A DNA stretch of 64,000 nt. It comes from Chrysomallon squamiferum. Taxonomy: Eukaryota > Animalia > Mollusca. The translations under genes and the position numbers were made by a program. Below, piece after piece: positions 40,229 to 59,400 of this stretch. Below the pieces are notes generated by a model. It saw only the letters and a list, made by a program, of their open reading frames with translations, did no database searches and had not been told where the DNA came from. The stretch covers positions 28,148,001-28,212,000 of the forward strand of contig CM022671.1 of NCBI GenBank assembly GCA_012295275.1. Reading direction: 5' to 3'. The first letter of the stretch is position 1, and each line of letters begins with the position of its first letter.

Positions 40229-40886
40229 TAATAATAATAATAACAAAAAAATAAATAAAAATAATAAAAAAATAATAAAATAATAAATAAATAGTAGTAA
40301 CAGCAGCAGTACTAATAGTAGTACTACTACTACTAATAATAATAATAACAGCAATAAAAATAATAATAAATAAAACAAGCAAATAAAAATTAAATGAATG
40401 AATGAATTAATAAAGTCAACACATTTATTTTCTGAAATCTGTCATTTCCAATAACAGTTCTCTGTACTTACCTATACCTATACCGACAACAATTCTTCCT
40501 ACAAGCAGAATTTCCTTGGATGGCGACGCTCCCATTAAAGCAGCTCCTCCTGTAAAAACAATACTAGCAAACATGATTGTTTTCTTTCGTCCAAAGAAAT
40601 CTGTACTGAAGCCAGCTACAAGAGAAAACAATGCAGCCGCACCAATAGTGCCACTGACGATGATCTCTGTCCATATTGTATTGAGGTTGAAGTACGGTTT
40701 TATCAACAGCATTGCTCCTGAGACTATTCCCGTGTCGTATCCGAACAGCAGGCCACCCAGAGTAGCGAAACATGACAGAAAATACACAAATTTCGTATTT
40801 TCGCATTTTGGAGAAGCTGCACTGTCAGTATCGGCCGTTATGTCGACACTGGTTCCGTTTTTACCTTGGTGTTTTTTCTCATCCAT
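33991..40886 (-). CDS. SLC2A13: Proton myo-inositol cotransporter-like sugar porter (MFS), canonical paralog B
   Basis: Nine exons, approx. 40471-40886, 38645-38803, 37973-38178, 37755-37861, 36234-36395, 35740-35879, 35121-35356, 34672-34824, 33991-34205, with the same intron positions as paralog A. Motifs GGLLFGYDTGIVSG, PESPRWL, LQLFQQLCGINTVIYYS, Cys-rich loop, PMPWTINSEIFPLWARS, NWIFN and LPETK. Ends ...VEVTKM*. Confidence 0.93.
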
Positions 40887-42013
40887 TTCTGGTTCCTTTG
40901 CACTTCGCTATCATTCGTGAATGTTCTGTAACATTCTATAAATAAATTTTAAAAAAACGAGGAAAAGAATTTTTTTTTAAAAAGAAAGGAAATTGAAAAA
41001 AATAAGGAATCAGACAGATGTTCTCAGAAACAGTTTTTGCAAGACATGATTTATCACCGGGAACTCAGCACGCCATGGTGATTACACAAAAGATCCACTG
41101 AACATCATGTTGATCAAACCGACGTCATCTGTGATAAAACCGCTGCAGTCTTACGTGCTTATTTCGAGAGCTAGATTCTCTGTATCTGGTAAGATACGGC
41201 AGGAGTGGCTGGATGACCAAAGGTGCCATCGTCGTCAGGTAACGATGCTGAGTTGGCTGTTCGCATTATTTGCGTAGACGATAATGCGTGGTTGTTGCTC
41301 AGAGAGAAATGAATTACAAGTGTGCGGAGATATATCGGCCAGAATGATTATACGTTTTACCTTCGTTCTTGCTTGCTTTCTCTTGGTATATGTGTGCCGA
41401 AGACTGATATTGAAAATCATCCATTGCATAATATGAATATAATGCGAGTAAATATCTCAGTGTGAATATGTAGTGATGAGAGAGAAAAAGGGAGACAGTG
41501 ATTGTGTTTATGTGTGCGTTTCAAATACGAAAGAAAACTTTATATTTTCATTAATATCATTTTATTCTATAATTTGATTAAGTTTTTAATGTGTGAATGT
41601 GAAAAATAATAATAATAAAATTAAAGAATATAATATATGCCATTATACAACGATAATACTTTTATGAGAAATATTAAAAGTAACTTTTTTTTATTTATTT
41701 CACAAAAATTGTGCTTTTTTCATTTTAAAAACTATTTGCTTTGAGAGTATTTAATTCTGAAAAAAAAAATAAAAAAAATACAACAACCCACACAAATCAA
41801 ATTGTTATCCATTATGAAAGTTTTCGGTGATATAGCGTTCAGCATGGTTCAGCGCAATAAGCAACACGAGATAATGAATTCCAGCTTACCAAGCAGCTCA
41901 CACATTTTATAATCTGTGTAAACGTCAAAGAGATGGAGATTTTAATTCAGTGCTGGGAGGGGTTTCCTGAAGCTATGCAATAGTTCAATCTAGCGTTTAT
42001 AATATGTTGTCGA

Positions 42014-42016
<3 letters not shown>

Positions 42017-42058
<42 letters not shown>

Positions 42059-42101
42059 AGTGTGTGTGTGTGTGTGTGTGTTGACGTATCGGATAAAATT
42101 A

Positions 42102-42140
<39 letters not shown>

Positions 42141-42238
42141 ATAGATGACGTAAGATTTTTCCGGCTTAATTAATAATTAGTTAATAAAAGATATATGAAA
42201 AAATACAAACGTAATCATCAGAGGCTTTAAATAACTTC

Positions 42239-42279
<41 letters not shown>

Positions 42280-42299
42280 AATAATAATAATAATAATAA
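42017..42299. repeat. Microsatellite cluster (CT)n, (TG)n, (TA)n, (AAC)n(AAT)n
   Basis: Direct reading; intergenic between sugar porter B and the ZMYND10 3' end. Confidence 0.9.
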
Positions 42300-43562
42300 A
42301 AGTAACAGATATGGAATAAGAAAAATTATTATTATTATATATTTATGTTTCGAACACAGTTCCCATGAATTAGTTTTTCCTTTGAAAATTTTATATTTTT
42401 AGCTAGTCAGTATCAGTTTTCGATTTTTCGTCAGCTTTTTTTATCACTTAAGAATTACGATTAAAAAGAATTTAATTTCATAAATCATTTAAAACATATA
42501 CTATAATCGGTCTCAAGACATGTTTATTTTTCTTTCTGAATAAATTAAAACAACAAACAAAACATTTAAATGTATTTCGACATTATCAATATTATATAAA
42601 TATAACGGCCGAGATAAGATTAGGAATATACAGAATCATTCATCAGCATTATATAAATATTAATTTATAATGTAATTATAAGCAGAAGGTTAAGATACTA
42701 GAAATAGCTGTATCAATGTGCGTGCGTACATGCGTGCGAGAAGCGAGTTATCGTCCTACGATGTTTTACGTTGTTGTGTAGCGGATTATTTAGTTGTTTA
42801 AAGCGATGAATTTCAGCTTCTGCTTTCAGTGGGAAAAATTGTTTAAATGAGATTTTTATCTCACGCGTTTTTAAATAAACTGTAAAAAAAAAAAAAATAA
42901 TAATAATAATAATAATAATATTAATAACAAAAAAAATTTTTTTTTTTTTTTTTTTTTTTAAATAAGTTAAACAAAAAAAATAATAATAATAAATATTTAA
43001 AAACATTAAAATTACTTTTATTTAACTTCGATATTACACACTGTAAGCCTTATTAAATTTTTTTATTATTATATTCTACATATATAAACTCAAATGAAAA
43101 AAAAAAAATAATAATAAAGAGCGAGAACATAACATGCCACTCAGAACGTGATATTGTTCAAGTGTTTTGTTGTTTTATTCTGAGCAATATGTTTACTCAG
43201 GAATCATCACATGCTTATAACTGTCACTAAATTTGACAGATCGCCTGCCTGTTTGAAAACATGGGCAATTGTTATCAATGTATTTCTTTAACAGACAACG
43301 AACTCGAACATTCTTTTCTTCTTTTCTTAAATTAAATAATTTAAAATTTAATTTCTCCAGAATTTATCCAACAATCATAACACATCTTTTCTCTTTTACG
43401 AAACTGTAACATATTTTGAAAATAAGTCACATCAAATGCAAAACCTGGTGAACCAAACTGTAACAAATGTTTGATTAAAAGGTGTCTGTAAGATTATACA
43501 ATAATGGTGCAGCTCTATGGCAGTTGGTTTCATTCTAGTAGATTAACAACAGAAATGTCCTG

Positions 43563-50396
<6,834 letters not shown>

Positions 50397-50580
50397 TATC
50401 AAAATGCGAAAAAAAAATTTACAGAATAAAAAATCCTAAAGTATAGTTTCTAAACAATTTGCATGTAGTAACCTGTAAACACGAATAGACTGGCCACTGC
50501 ATAAATATTTCGCTTTGGACTACACGCGGTTTTATTTTTGTTTTATCATGTGATTTTTTATCACATCACATGCATTTATT
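50397..50580. promoter_or_regulatory. Very short bidirectional promoter ZMYND10 / fucosidase
   Basis: Only 184 bp separate the two start codons. Forkhead motif TGTAAACA at 50474-50481. Confidence 0.65.
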
Positions 50581-51337
50581 ATGGCTGCTTTAGTCAAATA
50601 TTGTTTTTTCATTTGTTTCTTAGCTTTATTCGTGGACTGCAAAAAATATAAACCGAACTGGCCATCGATAGATTCTAGGCCGCTTCCTTCTTGGTACGAT
50701 GAAGCAAAATTAGGCATTTTCATTCACTGGGGAGTATTTTCAGTGCCAAGTTATTCGTCAGAATGGTTTTGGTGGGGTTGGCAAGGCCAACATTTGCCGG
50801 CAATCGTCAGTTTTATGGAACAAAACTACAGACCTGATTTCACATATGCCGATTTTGCGGCACAGTTTACAGCAGAATTTTACGATCCTGTAGAATGGGC
50901 AGAACTTTTTGCGGGATCGGGAGCAGAGTGTGTACATTAAAAATATATAATTATATTGCATCAAACTAAATGTACATTAATTCATGTAATTTATCTCAGT
51001 ACATAACTCAGTAACTGCATTTTACGTTATTATAATCAAATTTTTATTTATATCTTTACGTAGCATTCACAATTATTCTAAAACATCAAAGATTAATTTC
51101 TATTATCTTTGTTAAAAATAATTTCATTTATTTTATTCTTCATGTCATATTCCACCTTCAGGATTGTTGTATAATACAGTTTTTTTTCCCCCTGCTAGAT
51201 ACATTGTATTTGTCAGCAAACATCATGAAGGCTTTTGTAACTGGGCCACTAATGTATCATTCAACTGGAATTCTGTGGATTATGGTCCAAAAAGAGATAT
51301 TGTTGGTTTGTTAACAATTTAATATTTTTTAGTTTTG

Positions 51338-51378
<41 letters not shown>

Positions 51379-51964
51379 TTTTTCGTTATTATTTTTTTAA
51401 ATTTAAATTTTATTATTTAAATTCATAAATACTATTTTGATTTATTGATTATTATGATTTTTAGAAACTATTTTATATATTATTGTTGACTCTTCAAAAT
51501 ATCTTATATGTGTATATATGTGAGTGTGTGTGTGCAGCAATAATTATTTGTAGACTGTGTCTATCTAATAATTTAAAGTTAAGTTATATATATTATATTT
51601 ATTAAAATATATATTTCTATTTAACAGGTGAACTGGCAGATGCTGTTCGATCCAAAACCAAAATGCATTTTGGCTTGTACCATTCTTTGTTTGAATGGTT
51701 CCACCCACTTTATTTGCAGGACAAGGCTAACAACTTCACTACAAACAACTTTGTCACAGTCAGTTTAAAAATAATTTATTTAGAGACAGTTGTCAATTAT
51801 TATCATTTGTTTTACTGAACATTAAAACAGTTTAGACAAAATTATCAGTTTGTTTCATTAAATAAAGCTGTTTTATAATTCTCTTCCAAATAACATTCTC
51901 GCATAAGCCAAGTCACTATAGTTCTTTAAAAAATATAGTTAAACTGTCTTTAAAAAAATAAAAA

Positions 51965-52004
<40 letters not shown>

Positions 52005-54399
52005 TGAGTTACAGTCAGTGATATGTTTTTCGGAATATTTGTAAAATGATGACATTGAATTCAATTATTATTTCACTTAACATTATTTTAAATTTATAAT
52101 ACATTTTTCACAAGTCCTGACAGAAAGGGGAAATGAATAATTTCATTAACTTTTAACAAAATATTAATGTATTTTCAGGATAAAACTATGCCTGAGTTAA
52201 AAGAGCTGGTCACTAAATACAAACCTGAAATCATTTGGTCAGATGGAGACTGGGAAGCTCCTGATATTTACTGGCAGTCCACAGAATTTCTTGCCTGGCT
52301 TTACAATGACAGGTACCAGCACTTGTATTCACTTATTTTTGTATACAAGAATAGATTTGATCTTTTATCAGTCTGTTGTTGTGGTGGCCAAAGTGTCAGT
52401 CATTAGTCTGTTTTGTTTTAGTTTGGCATCACAGTTAATATAAGCTCTACAGATAAATTGATGTATCTTTCACCTCTCAAACATATGAAATTTATTGTAT
52501 TTCGCACTTAGGTTAAACAACTGTGGCCACATTTAATAAAAAATAACCAGTTAGTACCTGCTTATCAAGTTATATTCCAGACACGGTTCTATAAAGTGTC
52601 TTGTATTACAAAATTTGTAATTTGTTTGTTGATTTTTTTTTTTCATTTTTTTTGTTGTTCTTTTTTTCATCTTTTTAATATTTAGATCTTACAGCTTGTG
52701 GATGTTACTTGTATACATTTTTTGAAATGTTGAGATGAGAGTTTTATTGTTTTCAGTCCAGTGAAAGACACTGTTGTCACAAATGACAGATGGGGCATTG
52801 GTGCTTCTTGTCACCATGGTGGATTCTATACATGCAGCGACAGGTTTAATCCAGGTAAGACAATTAAATAGTATTGTTTTGTTCGTGTTCATTCATTCTT
52901 TTTCTTCTTGAAACAAAATTAATGTTTTGTTGCTTTTTTTTAATGTTTGTTTTTATTTTTCCTGTACAAGGATATTTGCATGTTAATACAAGAAAATAGC
53001 TTTTTAACCATCCTGCAAAACTGAGTGAATTTTTTAACCTATAGTTAGACTTCATAGCTAAGGTGCAGTATGTCTCAGATTCAGTTCTTGTTAGTATGTA
53101 TACAGAGTTTTCATCATACCATTCTAAGCTGTTGCTATTTGAAAGCTATATAAATACAGTTATGTGAGCAAAGAGATTTTGTTTTGCAGGAACCCTTCAA
53201 AAGCACAAGTTTGAGAATGCTATGACCATTGACCGTTATTCGTGGGGTTACAGGAGAGATGCCAGGCTTTCAGATTTTATGTCAATGGAAGAACTCATTG
53301 GCACATTTGTTGAGACTGTCAGGTAAAAGAAATGACTACTCATATAAAAAGTCATTATTGGATCAGCAATTAGCATTAATATTTTAGAAAGCATAGAATC
53401 TATATTTTTATAAGAATGTTTTATATAGTGTGGAAAATACATTTAAAATCTTCCAAATTGGCAAATTGTGAAGTAAACTGATCCTAATTTTGGAAATGTT
53501 TTTTTTTTAATGTTTAAAGTCTTACATTTTATGTATCTATTTATTTTCACTTGTTTTTTTTTTATATGTTATATTTTTTAATTTTATTTAATAAACAAAT
53601 ATAAATAAAGTTTTGTAAAAAACATTTTGCTTTTTTTAAAAAAAAATTCATATTTCCAAGAAAGTAAAATTTACTATTTTATATAGTTGTGGAGGAAACA
53701 TGCTGATGAATGTTGGACCAACCAAAGATGGAATGATTATTCCAATATTTCAAGAACGGCTGAAAGGCATGGGTCGTTGGTTATATGTGAATGGAGAAGC
53801 TATTTATAAAACTAGACCATGGGCTTACCAAAATGACACTGTCACAAAGAACGTTTGGTATGCTACAAAACAATAATTATTAACTCTGGCTAATACATTT
53901 TACACTCTTGAAATTTACTTCTTACGTGGCTCAAATTAGTGATATTTTTAGATTATCTCATCAGTAAACATCCTCTTTTAAATTATGTAATTATAAAAGT
54001 TACAAATCACGTGATGGAAAACCAACAGAATTTATCTTAACTCATTATTTGCTTCTTGACAGAAGATGGTATATCTATAAAAGCTATTTCCGATAATAAA
54101 TCAATCCAGCAATATTTTTAAATGAAGTGGTTATTTTGATTTTTTTTTTTTTTAGGTACACTTCAAAGGAAAACAATGTTTATGCTATTGTTCTGTCGTG
54201 GCCATCAGATACCCTTTTTCTTGGAGCACCGACACCTTCTGTCTCGACAACTGTTAATCTTCTTGGGTATAAAGGAAGTTTTGACTGGAAGAAAGGTGCA
54301 ACTAGGGGAATGCAAATAACCATCCCACCAATATCCATCAATGATATGCCTTGTGAATGGGCTTGGGTTTTCAAACTCACTGAATTAACATACGATTAA
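50581..54399 (+). CDS. FUCA: Alpha-L-fucosidase (GH29), spliced
   Basis: Exons approx. 50581-50927, 51199-51305, 51628-51758, 52179-52312, 52757-52854, 53190-53322, 53687-53837, 54156-54399. Signal peptide followed by [40 protein letters not shown], catalytic nucleophile motif IWSDGDW, VTNDRWG, SWGYRR and [10 protein letters not shown]. Confidence 0.96.
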
Positions 54400-56487
54400 T
54401 ACAGACATTTCAGTTATCTTGGGATTAACAACTTAATATTTAAAAATAATTAGTAATTATTAAAATCCATACCCACAGATGAGTATCAGATATTGTTTAT
54501 ATTAGTGAAGACAGATTAAAGATAATGATTTCTTTCTTTATATCAAGCAAAATATAAATCGCCATTAAAAAAAAAATGGATACGTTTCTAAATTAATCAC
54601 ATATTTATAAGTTATTGCAGAATTGATTAACTGAATATTTTGACCTAAGTGTTATTTTTAACATAGATGTATAACAAATATTATTAAGCTAATTTACAAG
54701 ATCGTGTTTGAAGTGAATCCAAATTGGCATCATTTATACTAAACTCTTTTATGGACACCTACTTGGTACCAGGTTCATACCTTTTAAATTCTTTGGAATA
54801 GAAATTTCCAGTTTGAAATTGATTAATTTTGGTGTTTTAGAAGTTTTATTGTGTATATTCTGTTAATAAAATAATGTTTGCATATAAATACAAAGTGACT
54901 AGATATTGGATATTGTCTGCTTTATTTTTAAGCTTGGAGAATTCTGTGATGTTTGCCATTTGATGTGCATTAATATCACTACCATACACTTACAACAAAC
55001 AATATTTTTTTAAACAGTTTATTTTCATTGTTGTATATTACCTTCATGAATGTGACTGAAGGATGTGACGCACATTATGTGATAGTTATGAATATTTTAA
55101 TTTTGTGATTTTTAAAACAGACTGAAAACGTCATCTTGATGTGAAAACAGTATAAATATTAAAGAGAAATTTGGTGGTGCTTTTTCTGTTGCAAAACTGA
55201 GTAGAACATTGAAAAAGTTTCTTTATTAATTATGTTAGCATTTATTTCTGATTATTCAGCAGGAATGTGAACCAGTTCAAGGTTAGTTAAACAGCACCTA
55301 TTTATTTCACCAGTTGAAACTAAAATACAGAGTATGTTTTTTGTTATAATTTTGTAATTTGGTTCACATGTCAAAAACATCTAGTTTTTATTTTGTGATA
55401 TACCAACAGTTTAAAAACTATTTTGATATTTTAATACTTTTTTTTTTAATTCATTTTAAAGAGAACATTAGATGTTACGTGGCATTATCTGGAATTTTGC
55501 ATCAAATGTTAATCAGTATACATCATAGAAGTACAGTCATAATTTACTATCTGTTTAATCAATTTTCATAATCAGTTAAATGGATAATTGCATTTTAATA
55601 ATATTTTTTCATTTTTTTCATTTGTGTTTGATATTTAAAACATATTTTAATAATTTTGAGATGACACAGAAATTGTACATTCTGTTTTAGAAAGTGTTAG
55701 ATTTCAATATTTTTATTCCAATTACTCAACCACAGTCAGTTGTTTATAGCTTGTTTTGTGGGGTTTTTAAATTATTATTATTATTATTATTATCTAATAC
55801 AATATACAGTGTAAAAAAAATTCAATTGTATGTCTACCTTATTAGTAGCTACAGAAGACAGCTTGATGAGCTAAAATGTTTCTGTTAATACTAATTAGAA
55901 AATTCAAATAAAGTATATATACAGTCTTAAAATATTTAATAATAATCCATTCTTGTTTTGATTAATGCTGTGGATAAAATACATTCCACCTAACAAATAA
56001 AATTTTATTTAGTTATTCAAATTAATTTTTGTTGTTGTAAAATTAATATGAAATGTTAATTTTTTTTTAATTTTTATTTTAATAAATTTTGTTCAGTTTA
56101 TCAAGTGTTGTGGCTTTTATTTTCTTGACCACATCTATTTTGATTTAATCAGAAATATTACAAATATGCTTTGTTTCAGATATAACCTAGCTTTATGTAT
56201 AATTCAAATGATGTTAAGAATAATTTACACAAATTACAGGTATTTAATAGATTTCAAATAATGTAATTTCTGAACTCTTAAAACTTACCATTAATGCAGA
56301 ATTGCCGTTACATTAAATTATCGGAAACTAATTAAGTAATTTATCCATTTGTCAAGAACTGAAGTAAAGTATGTTTACTGACTTGTGGCCTGTTCGTATG
56401 AAGATAATATACTTGTCAAGGGAGATAACTAACAACAGATCGCTAGATAGGTCCAAAGTTCAGTAGCACTAGCAGTCTGGGGTAAAC

Positions 56488-59400
56488 ATGTTGAAGGGAC
56501 TATCGTTAGCAAAGAACCAGGTTTACAGTTTTATTGAGGTAGTATTCCGCAAATTATAAGAGGGAAAAATTAAGATAATATTTATTTACGATGTATTTCA
56601 AAATAACATCGATGCATACCAGTATGATTATCATGATCATAATCATGCTGTACCAATCGTCCAATAGCAATGGCCAGTACTTTCTGCACAGCTCTTTACA
56701 TTGTGTTTTGACTATTTTTCATTTTTATCTGAAAAAATGTTCACCATTTTGTTATATTTACCTTTGTTTAACACCCAGTAAGCGATATATTTTTTGTGCC
56801 GGGGGTGTTGTTAAATATTAATTCATTCATAATTTCATTCATTGAATGACCAATGGCAGTGGACGAATGGTCCGAAGATTTTACACTCAGTTATTTCTAC
56901 TCAAGAGTCAATACTGAATCAGTGAATGATGTGAATTCATTGTTCAGATACCACATTCTGCGGCAATGGCTTCTAATTGTATCATAATTATTCATTTTAA
57001 AATGTAATGGGTTGATACTAAAGTTTTAAGGAGTTAGATTATTCTTTTTTTAAATATAATTTTGTTCATTATAATTTTTAAATGTGAATTAGTGATGTTT
57101 AGAGCATATGATACAGTTAATGTTACAACAATAATAGACTGATATTGATATAGATAAATGAAAACAAATGTTTTTATTTCAAATGCATAGCTTTTTTTTC
57201 TTATACATTTAAATATTATCAGTGAATCTTTCTGTCAAAATAATTTATACTTTTTAGGAATTAAAAAATGACAATACAAATTACAATTCACATTTGTGAA
57301 TCCAGCACATTATATCAGTTTCAATTTTTAAATGCAACTGTAAATTAAAAATGAAATTTTTACTAAATATATATCTGTGCATGTATGTGTGTGTGTGTGC
57401 ATGTGTGTGTATAATTTGAAGGTGGCATTTGACTGATGTATTAAGTGAACAAAGAATTATGCATTACTTTAATTTTATTTTTTTCCAGCCATTATCAAGT
57501 GTTCGTCTTTACAGGTAAGCATGAATAGTTATTCAAGTTGTTTAGTTAATTTTTTATTTTTTGTGCTAGAACATAGGCTGATATTATCTGCCAGTTTTGT
57601 TCCATATTATGATTAAAATTCACAAGATTATCTCTGTTCTGTTCACAGACTACATAAATTTCTTAACTTAATTTTCAATTTATGAGTATTTTCTGCTAAT
57701 TATGAATAGGCCTAAATATATTTGGTTTTATTGAATTTCAAATCTCAAGCTTTCAAGATTTTGAAATATTTTGAATTGTTTTCTTAAGTGAATAATTTGA
57801 CACTAACACATAATTCAGTTATGCATCAGATAATTATTGAAATATTACCCAAAATATTATTTTTATAACATATAAGTTTTTCTCTTTACAGTACATCTTT
57901 TGATGAAAGGGAATACATTCACAAAAGTATTGTTCCAACATATCACTTTCAAAAAAGTTTACCTAGACTACCAATTCCTAAACTTGAGAAAACATGTGAG
58001 AGATACCTAAAAGCTCAGCTTCCTCTTCTGACACCTGGTGAATACACAAATACTGAAAATATTGTGAAATCTTTTCTACAAGGAGATGGACCAAGTAAGT
58101 TTGTGGACATTTTAGTATCAGCACAACATACACGTGCACTAAAGAGCAGCCCACATCTGCTCAGCTAGTTTTTGCCTACTAATATCTCATCTTTTTAAGA
58201 ACTTTATTGTTTCTGAAATCATGGGAAAACTGTTGAACTGCTGTTTAACTAAATTCTTCTGAACTTATTGTTTATTAATATTATACAACCTCTATAACAA
58301 TGTAATGAACAATTTAATAACTTGGAAATATCTGAATATAACATTTTAATTTGTTATATTTACTTTAATTATTTACCCTTTGCATTGTCATATTTATGAG
58401 GTTATCTATAACACTTATTAGAACTACGTGTTGAAAAAACAATAACAACAAAACAATGAACATATAAAATGTGGAATAAATGTGCCATAATAATTTTCAT
58501 TTATAAATATGTTTGAGTTTCAGTTAAAATATCTGTATTTCACTTAACATATCTGAAATTTATCTTTCAGCACTTCATGAGGAACTTGTTGCCCAAGATA
58601 AAAGAAACAAACACACTAACTATGTTTCAGGTAAGTTTCACTAGAACAGAAAAGGTGAATTTTTGAAAGATTATACATTATACATGAGGTTATCTAGAAT
58701 AAATACATGTACCAGATAATTTACCTGCCAAGTATAGTTTTCGAGATGACCCATATTTCTTGATTTATGCTTAAAATATGAAAAGAGAATGAAATTTTAT
58801 TTTACTGATGGATTTCTGAAAGCCAGATAAAGAACTGGTGTCTGTATTAGTATTATTCACATTACAAATGTGTGAAAAAAACTGTAATTAAAATTAAGAC
58901 TACATCTGTGACAACATTATCAAATAATTTTAAAACAATGATTATGTTTATTATTTAAAAATCAATAAATAAAAGCAATGGAATCTTTTATCTATTTTTT
59001 TCTTTTCTACAGACTTGTGGTTTGATATGTACTTGAAGGATAGATCTCCTGTTGTACTGACTCACAACCCATTCATGGTATTTACTGATGACCCAAAACC
59101 TGAATACAACAATCAGGTACATAATAAGATAATTGTAAATAAATAAAACATAAAAGTAATCACTTTTTGTTATATATAAAACTTGAAAACAAAATTATTT
59201 TCAGTGTTTTGATACTTGTATTTATAACGACGTAAATATTTTGGGGAAAAATGTTTGTTAGCTTTTTCAGATATTTTCTGAGTCTCTTTCTTTTCAAAGG
59301 TTATTTTCTATTTATTAATGTTTTAATTTTTTTTATTTTTTATAGCTTTTGCGTGCTGCTAATATGGTTGTGTCATCTGCAAGGTTTATGAAAACATTAG

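Noticed and set aside
40122-40382. Highly hydrophobic poly-Ile/Leu ORFs resembling membrane proteins (also 43951-44193, 21693-21902, 13032-13283)
   Set aside because: Products of (AAT)n/(TTA)n repeats.
40516-40920. 134-aa plus-strand ORF and other antisense ORFs (28442-28636, 34061-34294, 38561-38824, 54180-54380)
   Set aside because: Shadows on the opposite strand of real exons, with no independent motifs.
54400-56450. Hidden gene between fucosidase and CPT2
   Set aside because: Only isolated splice-like motifs and low-complexity ORFs. Consistent with 3' UTR and intergenic DNA.
58690-58865. Additional H/ACA RNA in an upstream CPT2 intron
   Set aside because: Some hairpins and an ACA are present, but pocket geometry is poor, no target was found, and such motifs arise by chance at this AT content.
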